A stretch of DNA of 36,072 nt, taken from assembly GCA_016839785.1 (NCBI GenBank), contig JAEOTQ010000017.1, positions 1 through 36,072 on the forward strand, given 5' to 3'. The notes below the pieces were generated by a model. That model was given only the letters and a program-made list of their open reading frames with translations. It was not told the origin of the DNA and searched no databases. Below, one piece after another: positions 9,170 through 19,144 of this stretch. The position numbers were made by a program, and so were the translations under genes. Position 1 is the first letter of the stretch; every line of letters begins with the position of its first letter. Origin of the DNA: Candidatus Hodarchaeota archaeon (GTDB lineage Archaea > Asgardarchaeota > Heimdallarchaeia > Hodarchaeales > Hodarchaeaceae).

Positions 9170-10477
9170 GTGATTGAGGTGTGTACCACGAAAATTAGAA
9201 AAAATTTTACTTATCTACTAATAATTCTTACTTTAGCATGTTTTTTGGATCTGAATTTCAATAGTGTAGCTAATCTTTCTTTTACCGATGAGAATACTTA
9301 CTTCCCATTAGATGAATGGCGAATATCTACGCTAGAAGAGCAAGATATGAGTGTCTCTAGAATAGCTAAAATGTCTCAGGCTATCGTAACCCAAAATATG
9401 GGAATTGACAGTATACACATAATTAGAAATGGTCATTTGGTGTATGAGAGGTATTTCGAGTATTATAATCATTCGAATCTTCACCAAATGTGGTCTACAA
9501 CAAAGAGTATTACTAGTATTTTAATTGGAATCGCGAATGCCAGTGGTTATATTCCAAATCTAGATGAACCAGTTCTGGATATCTTTACTGAAAGAACCTT
9601 TTTGAATGTTGATGCAAGAAAACAAGCATTAACTATCCGTCATCTCCTTAAAATGCAGAGTGGTCTTCAATGGAATGAGCAAAATGTTCCATTCCTAACA
9701 GGATCCATAAATACAGATGATTTTCATCTTACTACAAATATTTCAGATTGTAATTTTGATAATTGGTTTTTTAATCCAAATTTAAATCCTCGACAGATGA
9801 TGCTTAGTCAGGATTGGGTACAATTCACACTCGACAAACCCATGGTTACTGATCCAGGAACGGAATACTATTATCATTCAGGAGCCTCACATCTTCTTTC
9901 GGCAATAATTCAAAAGAAAACAGGGATGAATACAGAGACTTTCGCTAAACAGCATTTATTCAATCCATTGAATATTACAAACTATATATGGTTCAATGAT
10001 TCAATGAATATCAGTATGGGAGGATTTGGATTATGGCTCCAACCACTCGATATGGCAAGGATTGGCTATCTGTTTCTAAATAATGGAAACTGGAATGGAA
10101 CTCAAATTGTGCCGTCAAAGTGGGTTATAGAATCTACACTTGATTATAGTCCTGGTACAGGTTATGGTTTTCAATGGTGGATTAGCACACAGGGAAATTT
10201 CTATTATTCCTCAGGATTCGGGGGCCAGCATATATTTGTTAAATCTACTGAAAATTTAGTTGTGGCTGTCACAGCCACTGAGTATGATGGTGATAATTTC
10301 CCCTACCTCATGTTTACCTCATATATTCTAACTGCTCTTCAGAAAGACCCTTCTACTAGTTTGACACCTACAACGACTACAGCAACTACAACGACGACTA
10401 CCAAAGCAACCCATTTTTCAGGATTCGCACTCTTGGTAAGTTTAGTAATAATCATAGGTAGTACGAAAAAGAAATAG
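9170..10477 (+). CDS. Secreted serine hydrolase (class C beta-lactamase/6-aminohexanoate-dimer hydrolase-like) with C-terminal membrane anchor
   Basis: Signal peptide, WSTTKS (SxxK), HLLKMQSGL, PGTEYYYHS, DMARIG, YGFQWW, GFGGQ, then Thr-rich linker, hydrophobic helix and KKK. Confidence 0.88.
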   Translation: MIEVCTTKIRKNFTYLLIILTLACFLDLNFNSVANLSFTDENTYFPLDEWRISTLEEQDMSVSRIAKMSQAIVTQNMGIDSIHIIRNGHLVYERYFEYYNHSNLHQMWSTTKSITSILIGIANASGYIPNLDEPVLDIFTERTFLNVDARKQALTIRHLLKMQSGLQWNEQNVPFLTGSINTDDFHLTTNISDCNFDNWFFNPNLNPRQMMLSQDWVQFTLDKPMVTDPGTEYYYHSGASHLLSAIIQKKTGMNTETFAKQHLFNPLNITNYIWFNDSMNISMGGFGLWLQPLDMARIGYLFLNNGNWNGTQIVPSKWVIESTLDYSPGTGYGFQWWISTQGNFYYSSGFGGQHIFVKSTENLVVAVTATEYDGDNFPYLMFTSYILTALQKDPSTSLTPTTTTATTTTTTKATHFSGFALLVSLVIIIGSTKKK

Positions 10478-10607
10478 TTAAATTCTCTAATTAGACGTAA
10501 AGGAAAGAGAAAGTCAGTTGAAATCACATTATCATTTTCCATAATCCAAACCTATAAAAATAAAAATGTAAGAGAATTACAAAATCATTTTTATGGTGTA
10601 ACAAACA

Positions 10608-11267
10608 ATGAGATTCGGCCCAACTTCCTTTTCCGATGATACTGAACTTACAGAACCTATAACCTCCTATGGTCCACTGGTTGCCCGTGGTAATCTTTAT
10701 GCTACGCAAATCACTACAAATGGTCCGTGTTCGATAGGAGAGAACTTAGAGATTGATATTTCGTTAAAAGTTAATGGCCCACTGGTGGTAAAAGGCTCCT
10801 TAACCTGTCATAAAGAGGCATCAGCTAAAGTTAACGGCCCTGTCAAAATTTCTAGTGGGATTATCGGAGGCAGTATTAAAATAAATGGTCCTTTGATAGC
10901 GAATTATGTAGAAGCAAGAAATTTTAAGGTGAATGGACCGATAACCATTAATAAAGACCTTATAGCAGAAGAAAATATCGTGATTGGCGTAGGAAGGTCG
11001 AGCAAAGGACGTGAAAGTCAATCTGTATCTGTAGGGGGAATCATTGAAGCTCCAATTATTCGCCTTACTAATTACTCTTCTATGTTTTCTCCTGCGAAAA
11101 TCATTAAAAAAGTAATAGGGTTAAAGGATAAATTTGAAAGAGTGTTAATTCTCCAAGATCTGAAATTTAAAGCTGATAGGCTTGAGTTAGAGGGAATTGA
11201 ATTGGAAAATTGCGATTTAACACAGGTGCAGGATATAATTCACGTTACATCAGAGAAAGGGAAATAA
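10608..11267 (+). CDS. Beta-helix repeat protein, bactofilin/polymer-forming-cytoskeletal-like
   Basis: Seven [N/Y/F]GP repeats spaced 16-20 aa apart with alternating hydrophobic residues. No signal peptide. Confidence 0.6.
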   Translation: MRFGPTSFSDDTELTEPITSYGPLVARGNLYATQITTNGPCSIGENLEIDISLKVNGPLVVKGSLTCHKEASAKVNGPVKISSGIIGGSIKINGPLIANYVEARNFKVNGPITINKDLIAEENIVIGVGRSSKGRESQSVSVGGIIEAPIIRLTNYSSMFSPAKIIKKVIGLKDKFERVLILQDLKFKADRLELEGIELENCDLTQVQDIIHVTSEKGK

Positions 11268-11435
11268 TTCTATCATTGTAAATTCGATAAAGAGTTTTCT
11301 CAATACTTCCTACGGTTTTCAATCTCAATTCTGATTATCGTAATGGACGAGACAAGATATAACTCTCACAAGAACAGAATTAGTAGGAAAATTTAAATAA
11401 TTATAAGGCATCACATTACGGGAGGTTGAAAAAAT

Positions 11436-12725
11436 ATGCTAAAAAAGACCTTTATAAAATATATATTCTTAGGTATAATATTTGGAGGAATCCTATTTAG
11501 TGGAACCATGAATACTCGTGGAAACACTTCGACTGGAGATATAAAAGCCGGATTTATTTATGTCGGACCAATAGGTGACTATGGATGGACTAACGCTCAT
11601 CATCTAGGTCAAGAAATGGTTGCCGCCGAGTATGATTGGTTAACAACAGTCTACATAGAAACTGTGGCAGAAGATACCGCAAGTGTCGTTCAAGCTGTTG
11701 ATACACTAGTATCCGTAGAACAATGTGATGTTATATTTACCACATCCTTTGGATTTATGGATGGCACCCTAGAAGCAGCAACTAAATATCCAGATAAGCT
11801 CTTTTTCCACTGTTCAGGTTTTAAAAGAGCACCAAATGTTGGAAATTATTTCGCTGATTTTTACCAGGTTTACTATCTTAATGGTTTGATGGCAGGAGCT
11901 CTTACTGAAACAGATAAACTCGGTTATGTTGGAGCTTTCCCAATTCCAGAAGTTATTCGTCACATTAACGCCTGGGCACTTGGAGCCAAAGAAGCAAATC
12001 CGTCTGCAACTGTAGATGTTCGATGGATAAACAGCTGGTATAGTCCTACCGCCGCAACAAGCGCAGCAAATGCTTTAATTGCCGATGGAGTTGATATGCT
12101 TGCATTTACAGAAGACTCCCCAACTGTTGTCCAAGTAGCGGAAGATAACGACGATGTTTATGCTTTCTCACACTATTCCCCCATGCAATCATACGGGGAA
12201 ACAAGTACAATTTCTGGCCAATTAGTCCATTGGGAAATTATGTATGATGAAATTCTCACGAAAATCCATGACGACACCTACACTAATACAAATCTCGAAA
12301 ATGTTGACCTTCTCTGGTTCTTGGGTGAAGGTGCAGTCGAGGTAGGTGGAGAGTTTGATGAACCGATTAACACAGTTTTCGAGGCAGATTTGAAAGCAAT
12401 AAACCTAACTGACCCGGTCCATGGTAGTATTTCAGTATATGACTTAATCTTCGAACGCTTAGATGAAATGAATGATACATGGGCAAACGTTGATTTTGAT
12501 CCGTTTACAGGACCTATCTCGGCTCAAAATGGTACGGTCATGATTGCTAGTGGAGTGCGTGCAAGTATCCCAGAGTTATTTTCCACAATGACATGGTTCG
12601 TCGATAATGTTATTGGAACAATTCCTGCGGGTGATGATGGTGATTCTACTCCCATTGACCTAGTGATGGTCTTATTTGGAGTATTAGCCCTAGGAGCTTT
12701 TCAATTCACTCGTAGAAAGAAGTAG
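11436..12725 (+). CDS. BMP-family (PnrA/Med-like) ABC transporter substrate-binding protein, probably nucleoside/purine
   Basis: GFIYVGPIGDYGWT, TTSFGFMD, GAFPIPEVIRHINA, WINSWY. GGAGG 10 nt upstream of the ATG. C-terminal TM helix plus RRKK. Confidence 0.93.
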   Translation: MLKKTFIKYIFLGIIFGGILFSGTMNTRGNTSTGDIKAGFIYVGPIGDYGWTNAHHLGQEMVAAEYDWLTTVYIETVAEDTASVVQAVDTLVSVEQCDVIFTTSFGFMDGTLEAATKYPDKLFFHCSGFKRAPNVGNYFADFYQVYYLNGLMAGALTETDKLGYVGAFPIPEVIRHINAWALGAKEANPSATVDVRWINSWYSPTAATSAANALIADGVDMLAFTEDSPTVVQVAEDNDDVYAFSHYSPMQSYGETSTISGQLVHWEIMYDEILTKIHDDTYTNTNLENVDLLWFLGEGAVEVGGEFDEPINTVFEADLKAINLTDPVHGSISVYDLIFERLDEMNDTWANVDFDPFTGPISAQNGTVMIASGVRASIPELFSTMTWFVDNVIGTIPAGDDGDSTPIDLVMVLFGVLALGAFQFTRRKK

Positions 12726-12729
12726 AATT

Positions 12730-12784
12730 AAAGAAAAAGGTACTTCATCTTTTTTCTTTTATTTCCAAACCTTTTTTTTTTTTT
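12730..12784 (+). terminator. Hairpin plus T13 tract after the binding-protein gene
   Basis: AAAGAAAAAGG (12730-12740) pairs with CTTTTTTCTTT (12749-12759), one G-U pair, 8-nt loop; T13 run at 12772-12784. Confidence 0.6.
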
Positions 12785-12875
12785 ATGAATTTTAACTCAC
12801 GATAAGAATGATTTTTAACTCTAAGAACGAACGAGTCCCAATCTATTGATTAAAACATACAACGAGGTACAATTC

Positions 12876-14435
12876 ATGGATATTGTCCTAGAGATGCAAG
12901 GTGTCTGCAAAACGTTTTACGGAGACGGTGTTATAGTAAAAGCTAATGATCAAGTTAACTTTAACTTGAAAAAAGGGGAAATTCACGCTCTATTAGGCGA
13001 AAATGGAGCAGGAAAATCAACTCTTGTGGGGACGTTATTTAGGAAACCCGATAGCGGAATAATAAGACTGAATGGAAAAGAAGTTGAGTTAAATGATCCA
13101 ATTACCGCGCTCAACTACGGTTTAGGAATTGCAAGACAAGATTTAACGAAAAGTTTGATAGAGAGACATACCATAGCAGAAAATATACTAAGCATCTCGA
13201 AAGGATTCTTTCTCTCATTAACTGAAATAGAAAATGAAATCATTAAAGTATTGAATATGTATGACCTCGGTGAACTTGATCCAAAGGTTCGAATTTGGAA
13301 ACTTTCGGGAGGTGAGAAGCAGCGTGTGGAGATTCTAAAAGCCTTAATTTCAGATCCTGATATTTTAATTCTTGATGAACCTACATCCATGCTGACACCC
13401 ACAGAAATCGACAATTTATTCAAACTTTTGAATAAGTTAAAAGCTAGGGGAAAATCTATAATCCTAATCTCGCATCATCTTGAAGAAGCGGTGAACTATA
13501 GTGATAGAATTACTATTTTGCGTCAAGGTAAAGTCGTTGATACAATTGATACCCATAAAGCTAAGGAGAATTGGAAATCGGAAGAAGAAGGAATACGGGC
13601 CATAGCCAATCTTATGGTAGGAAGAGAGAGTTTATACGACTTGTATCGCGAACCTCTCAAACCTGTTAACGTTGCTATTGAAATCAAGGGAATAAATGCT
13701 AAAAATGAAATGGGGGACGAAGTAGTCAGAGGGGTAGGTCTCAAATTAATGGATAATCAAATTGTGGGTCTTGCTGGTATTTCTGGAAATGGTCAAGCGG
13801 AACTTGTTGAAGCAATGCTTAATTTACGCAAAGCAGACTCGGGAGAAGTTTGGATTAGGGGTATGAATATAACAAATAAATCTATTAGGGCAATAAAAAA
13901 CTTGGGGGTTGCGTATGTCCCTGAAGTTAGAAGAAAGGCCTTAATACTTGATCTATCTGTGCGAGAAAATCTCCTGTTAAATTCATACCAATATTCTCCG
14001 ACTCCTATGATAGAAAATGATAATAATGCTTTAATCACCGAAGAATTGATTGATAGATTTAATATCAAGACACCTAGTCCATTAGTACCTGTCAGAACGC
14101 TTTCAGGTGGAAATAGGCAAAAAGTAGTGGTCGCTAGGGAATTTTCGGTTATTCCTCCTGATGGTGCTGGACTAATATTAATAGTAGAAAATCCAACCTT
14201 TGGTTTAGATGTAGGAACAACTCAATTTGTCCGTGAGGAGTTACTTAAAATGCGAGCAGCTGGAGCCGCTATCCTTCTTGTTTCTAGTGATCTAACTGAG
14301 ATATTAACCCTCAGTGATGTAATTAGTGTCATGTATAAGGGTAGGATAATGGGTACTGTTGATTCTGAGGATGCCACGCGTGAAAACATTGGATTGTTAA
14401 TGGGAGGCGTCGAATTAGAGGAGGTTTTCTCATGA
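12876..14435 (+). CDS. CUT2-type ABC transporter ATP-binding protein (two fused domains)
   Basis: GENGAGKST, LSGGEKQ, LILDEPT, second domain LSGGNRQK. ATG 12876 is preceded by GAGGT. Confidence 0.95.
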   Translation: MDIVLEMQGVCKTFYGDGVIVKANDQVNFNLKKGEIHALLGENGAGKSTLVGTLFRKPDSGIIRLNGKEVELNDPITALNYGLGIARQDLTKSLIERHTIAENILSISKGFFLSLTEIENEIIKVLNMYDLGELDPKVRIWKLSGGEKQRVEILKALISDPDILILDEPTSMLTPTEIDNLFKLLNKLKARGKSIILISHHLEEAVNYSDRITILRQGKVVDTIDTHKAKENWKSEEEGIRAIANLMVGRESLYDLYREPLKPVNVAIEIKGINAKNEMGDEVVRGVGLKLMDNQIVGLAGISGNGQAELVEAMLNLRKADSGEVWIRGMNITNKSIRAIKNLGVAYVPEVRRKALILDLSVRENLLLNSYQYSPTPMIENDNNALITEELIDRFNIKTPSPLVPVRTLSGGNRQKVVVAREFSVIPPDGAGLILIVENPTFGLDVGTTQFVREELLKMRAAGAAILLVSSDLTEILTLSDVISVMYKGRIMGTVDSEDATRENIGLLMGGVELEEVFS

Positions 14436-15661
14436 GAATTTTTCATTACGAAGTCTTCATGCAGAAACGAGTATCAACAATAACTGGGTTAAAGGCCATT
14501 AGAGTAAGGATTTTTGCACTCTTCTGTGGATTAACTGTAATAGGGATATTTTTTGGTTTTCTCGGCATCGATCCAATTGCATTATACGTTGATATATTTT
14601 GGGTAAATATCTTATTATTTCCCAATACTCTGGGCCGCTTTATTACGCTATTATTAATTTCAATTGGTTTAGCCATTCCTTTCAAGGCAAGAATTGACAA
14701 TATTGGGGCAGAAGGCCAATATGTTATTGGTACTCTTGCAGCATTTGGAACTTCACTCTATTTTTCATTTTTAGATCCAGTTTTACTTATTCCCTTAATG
14801 TTCATAAACGGTTTTATAATTGGTGCGATCTGGGCCCTTCCAGTTGTCTTCTTTCGTGCTAAAGGAGGTTTTCAGGGTGCCGATGTAGTGGCCAGCTTCT
14901 TGATGGTATTTCCTGCCGTATTTTTAATGGAATACTTAGTAAGTGGACCATGGCGTGATCGAGAGACTGGTTTTGCTTATTCATCGTTAATTCCGGAAAT
15001 AAACAGGATTCCCGTCCTTGGAGACCTCAAGATTTACATTCCTCTGTTAGATTTCCATTTGGATTTCTCTTCCATTTCCTTTCCAATGGTGAACATCAAA
15101 GAACTTTTCGAAGGATTATCCCTGGGGACGATTCAAATCAACATTGATACTATCCGCTGGGATTTTTCTCCTGTTCACATCACAATCTTTCTAGCTATAT
15201 TTTTGACCTTAATTGCCTATTATTTTATTTTTAGGTATGTAAATGGTATACCTAAAACAAAAATAGGATACGAGATAAATGTTATTGGAAAAAATCCACT
15301 AGCAGGACGGACCGCAGGAATGAGCTTTTTTAAAGTCATTCTTTTCTGTATGATCATTTCTGGAGGGCTTGCTGGGTTAGCGGGGGTAGGAGAGATTGCA
15401 GGAAATCAATTTCGATTGGGGACAACTTCTCCTGGTTATGGATTTACTGCGATTGCAGTTACTTACCTTGGAGGACTAAATCCGATAGGAATTTTAGTAA
15501 GTGCATTATTTTTTTCTGTCTTAAGCGTTGGCGGAAATGCAATTAAATTAACAAAGGGACTTCCTGGAACTGCGTTAGATGTTTTCAGTGGAGTAATATT
15601 ATTTTTTGTACTTCTTGCAGAATTCTTTTTTCGGTACACAATTAAATGGAGACGGGTATAA
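14432..15661 (+). CDS. ABC transporter permease (nucleoside type)
   Basis: NIGAEGQ, SGGLAGLAG, GYGFTAIAV..LGGLNP. ATGA overlap with the ATPase gene. Confidence 0.93.
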   Translation: MRIFHYEVFMQKRVSTITGLKAIRVRIFALFCGLTVIGIFFGFLGIDPIALYVDIFWVNILLFPNTLGRFITLLLISIGLAIPFKARIDNIGAEGQYVIGTLAAFGTSLYFSFLDPVLLIPLMFINGFIIGAIWALPVVFFRAKGGFQGADVVASFLMVFPAVFLMEYLVSGPWRDRETGFAYSSLIPEINRIPVLGDLKIYIPLLDFHLDFSSISFPMVNIKELFEGLSLGTIQINIDTIRWDFSPVHITIFLAIFLTLIAYYFIFRYVNGIPKTKIGYEINVIGKNPLAGRTAGMSFFKVILFCMIISGGLAGLAGVGEIAGNQFRLGTTSPGYGFTAIAVTYLGGLNPIGILVSALFFSVLSVGGNAIKLTKGLPGTALDVFSGVILFFVLLAEFFFRYTIKWRRV

Positions 15662-16587
15662 TGGCTGAAATAATCAATCCTGTTTTAGGACAATCAATAG
15701 TTGCAGCAGCAACTTTTTTTCTAATACCAACTTTGGGAGAAATATACACAGAGCGTTCTGGAATACTAAATCTAGGGATTGAAGGAATGATTATTGCTAG
15801 TGCAGCAGGCTCTTATGCGATAACATTTCTCACTCAAAATCTCTGGGTAGGTATTATTTTTGGGATTTTTCTTGGAGGGATATTAGCTACAATCCATGCC
15901 GTAATAACTATTACGTTTAATAGGAATCAAATTGTTTCAGGTATCGGCTTAACCATTTTTGGAACAGGTCTGAGTGGATTCTTGGGTAGAGATGTCATTG
16001 GTAAAGCAGTTAATGGCTTAGATAAGATAGAATTACCAATTCTATACGATCTTCCAGTAATCGGCCCAATATTCTTTAATCACACCATTCTAGTCTATTT
16101 ATCATATATCCTTGTTCCAGTTCTTTGGTTTATTCTATATAAGACACGAGTGGGAATTTTGATTAGAACCGTTGGTGAAAATCCTTCGGCAGCTTTCAAT
16201 CAAGGAGTAAATGTGCGTTTAATTCGGTATCTTTGTACTATTTTTGGTGGAATGTGTGCTGGTTTAGGAGGTGCTTATCTATCATTAAGCTGGTTGAACT
16301 TCTGGTCAGAAGGCATGACTAATGGTAAGGGCTGGATCGTCATTGCATTAGTTGTAGTTAGCCTGTGGAATCCCTTGGGTGCTCTCTTTGGATCTTATTT
16401 ATTTGGTTCATTTGATGTGCTTCAATTTTCTTTTCAACAAATTGGGATTGATACATCAATTCTAAAAATGATGCCTTACTTATCGACCATGACTTTCTTG
16501 GCACTTTGGGCAATAATCTTATCCCAACAAAAGGTGAAGAGCATTGTGGGTGCACCCACTGCATTAGCGACTCCATTCGAGGATTAG
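15661..16587 (+). CDS. ABC transporter permease (nucleoside type)
   Basis: ERSGILNLGIEG, VGENP, GKGWIVIALV, PYL. TAATG overlap at 15659-15663 favours a start at 15661. Confidence 0.93.
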   Translation: MAEIINPVLGQSIVAAATFFLIPTLGEIYTERSGILNLGIEGMIIASAAGSYAITFLTQNLWVGIIFGIFLGGILATIHAVITITFNRNQIVSGIGLTIFGTGLSGFLGRDVIGKAVNGLDKIELPILYDLPVIGPIFFNHTILVYLSYILVPVLWFILYKTRVGILIRTVGENPSAAFNQGVNVRLIRYLCTIFGGMCAGLGGAYLSLSWLNFWSEGMTNGKGWIVIALVVVSLWNPLGALFGSYLFGSFDVLQFSFQQIGIDTSILKMMPYLSTMTFLALWAIILSQQKVKSIVGAPTALATPFED

Positions 16588-16624
16588 TACCATATAATTG
16601 AGATAATAATGAGAATATGCTATT

Positions 16625-17509
16625 ATGACACAAATAGGATCGAATCCTTGCAAAAATATCAAAGGTTTAATCATACTAGGCAGACCTGTTGATGGCATAA
16701 TCATTGGAAGTACCGTCGTTCTTGGTATTATTGTTGGTTTACGGTCAATGCCTTCTCTTCCACAGATATTACTCGGATTACTATGTAGCATCTTATTACT
16801 AGCAGGAATGGATACTTTTAATGAATACCTCGATATTGAGATGGATAAAATCTCCAAACCCTGGAGACCTTTACCTCAAGGAACAGTCAGTCGTGAATTA
16901 ACTCTAGTAGTATCCATAACTGAAACTATAATAGCAATCGTCGTAGGAACAATGCTTTTCAATTTTCAAGCCATCTTTGTTGGCATTATTGCGGTTTTAA
17001 TGGCGGTTATCTATTCAAAGTGGTTAAAACCGATATTTCTTGCAAAAAATATAATGGTGGCGGTGAGTTTATCACTAGCATTTCTTGGTGGTACTCTCTC
17101 GGTCAATTCAGCTCCAAAAATTGACCATACTTTCCTGTTATTACAACTACTAACCTTTGTTGCAGCATTCATATTTGAGATCCATAAGGATCTAGGAGAT
17201 TTAACAGGCGATTCAACTCATGCCGTTCAAACATTACCTATCAAAATTGGTCAAAGAAAAACGGTGAATTTCATAATTCTTGGGTATATGCTGGCTTGAT
17301 GTATTGCTGTAGTATTCATATGGATTCTGGAAGTAGATCTTTTTTATTTCATGATATTATTTTTTGCTGATATTTTATTATGGCTAGTATTCTATTTACT
17401 GATTAAAGATCCCTTAGGTAATGTAGAACTCACAAGAAAGATTACAACATTAGTGATGGGACTTATCCTTCTCGGTTTGGCCAGAGTGACATTACTAACA
17501 TTCAGTTAA
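16625..17509 (+). pseudogene. DGGGP-synthase-like UbiA prenyltransferase interrupted by one in-frame TGA (17297-17299); pseudogene, readthrough or sequence error
   Basis: NEYLDIEMD, KPWRPLPQG, KDLGDLTGD..TLP. After the TGA the frame stays open for 69 hydrophobic codons to TAA 17507-17509, giving 294 codons in total. Confidence 0.75.
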
Positions 17510-17515
17510 TTGAAT

Positions 17516-18961
17516 TTACTTCTTATCAGTAATTCCTGCAAGATACTTAGCAATGGCTTTTCTTGAATCGATATCATATTGCTTAAGAATTGCAATATCT
17601 TCCATAACAGGAGAACCTCCTCCATGCACTCCCGCTACAGATATTACACCACCGATTGATGAACAGAGCACATCAGAAAGGGTTCTATAAAGCTTATACA
17701 CATCTTCAGCTGGAATATCGGCCTTTCTCTTGATATATTTCTGAAGGAGAGGACCTACCTTCTCCTCGTCGAAGAAATCTTTTTCAAGAGGTAAAGTCGC
17801 GGGTAATCCGCCTGATAAATCAGCAAGAGTTTCTAACTCATGATAATAATTCTTACCTGCATGTTTTCTTCCCACGTTACAAAACATTGGATCTGGAATC
17901 ATGGTTCCACATTCATCTCGAGTAGCTTTATAAGCGGCAGCAATACCACTTGCGTACACTAATTCAGCCACACTAATGAGATCTGCCAACTTTGATTGGA
18001 CATGCTTCTTATCTTCTATTCCATTATATTCGCTTACTAATGCCGAATAACCCAATAAGATATCAGTCGAAGAAGGTTTACACCCTGTGTAACTGTGTCG
18101 GTGATATAATGCAAACAGTAAAGCAAGCCACCCTCCGAATTGATGTTCTCCTTCATACCCACCTAAAAATACACGGTCATTGGGAATAAAGACATCATCG
18201 AATATCACAGTATTTTCCACATCACCAAATGTCCCAGCTGGACAAGGAACATGTTCTCGTTGTTTCATATTTGATGCTCTAGTAACAAGATACACACCTT
18301 CCCAATCTCCAGGAATTGCAAATGCAACCGCATATTCATCTTCTTCAGGAGTTAGAAATCGCGTGGGAGTAACAATGATCTCCTCTGCAACAGCGGCCGC
18401 CGTAATGTGATGCTTAGCTCCTCGAACAACAATTCCGTCCTCTCGGTGTTCGATTACACGTAAATATAAATCAGGATCTGCTTGCTGATGTGGCCGTAGC
18501 GAACGATCCCCTTTGGGATCTGTTTGAGCACAACAACCAACTGTATCATTCTTCTGCCAATCTTTCAAATAATTTAGAAATCTCTGGTGATATGGTCGAT
18601 CAGTCATTGATTCAGCTCTTGCTGTAATAATTGACAACGCGTTCATTGCATCTACACCCATACAGCGGAAGATACAACCTCCAGTATAATGGCAAATTTG
18701 TCTCGTCATATCTTGTTTCTTTAACAAATCATCCACAGATTGGTGGATGTGTGTAAATCGATTAATCTGTTCTCCAGTTATATGTGATTTGGCAGTAATT
18801 AGATCCTTTAGTTCTGGATCCTCCACACTTTCAAAAGTTCGACTAATTGTTAAAATTGAACCTCCAAGTCTTGGATCGTCTCTCCCGACTTGTTCTCCAT
18901 TAATATAGATATTTGGTTTCATTTTGTATAAATGCTCTTTATATTGTTCGGAAGTCTTCAT
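17516..18961 (-). CDS. abfD: 4-hydroxybutyryl-CoA dehydratase/vinylacetyl-CoA isomerase (HpaB fold, FAD and 4Fe-4S)
   Basis: INRFTHI, CIFRC (CxxxC), QTDPKGDRS, VRGAK, HRHSYTGCK (His/Cys cluster ligands), HGGGSP. Confidence 0.85.
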   Translation of the reverse strand: MKTSEQYKEHLYKMKPNIYINGEQVGRDDPRLGGSILTISRTFESVEDPELKDLITAKSHITGEQINRFTHIHQSVDDLLKKQDMTRQICHYTGGCIFRCMGVDAMNALSIITARAESMTDRPYHQRFLNYLKDWQKNDTVGCCAQTDPKGDRSLRPHQQADPDLYLRVIEHREDGIVVRGAKHHITAAAVAEEIIVTPTRFLTPEEDEYAVAFAIPGDWEGVYLVTRASNMKQREHVPCPAGTFGDVENTVIFDDVFIPNDRVFLGGYEGEHQFGGWLALLFALYHRHSYTGCKPSSTDILLGYSALVSEYNGIEDKKHVQSKLADLISVAELVYASGIAAAYKATRDECGTMIPDPMFCNVGRKHAGKNYYHELETLADLSGGLPATLPLEKDFFDEEKVGPLLQKYIKRKADIPAEDVYKLYRTLSDVLCSSIGGVISVAGVHGGGSPVMEDIAILKQYDIDSRKAIAKYLAGITDKK

Positions 18962-19144
18962 TTACATCACACAGGATACTCCATTTATTATCTCTATATT
19001 GTAGAATTTTGTTTTTTAAGTCTTGAGACTGATCACATCTTTCTCGAGGACATCCCAGATTCAGAAATTCTTCGAGTTTCAGATAAATTCTAATATAACA
19101 CTTCTCTATGTGAGAATCATGCGTACAAATCTTGGTGAAACTCT

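Noticed and set aside
10364-10402. ACA/ACG/ACT trinucleotide-like repeat
   Set aside because: It encodes the Thr-rich linker with mixed codons; not a CRISPR array or contingency repeat.
9170-10477. Antibiotic-resistance beta-lactamase
   Set aside because: YHS replaces YxN and SSG replaces KTG; this fits esterase/amidase members of the fold better.
13115-14700. Antisense ORFs of 73-102 aa inside the ABC genes, and similar short ORFs elsewhere in the track (e.g. 22996-23385, 31807-32055)
   Set aside because: They lie fully within well-supported genes and have no motifs; expected shadow ORFs.
17516-18961. 4-hydroxyphenylacetate 3-monooxygenase (HpaB), or evidence for a 4-hydroxybutyrate carbon-fixation cycle
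   Set aside because: The Fe-S ligand motifs favour AbfD over HpaB, and no other cycle enzymes are in the window.
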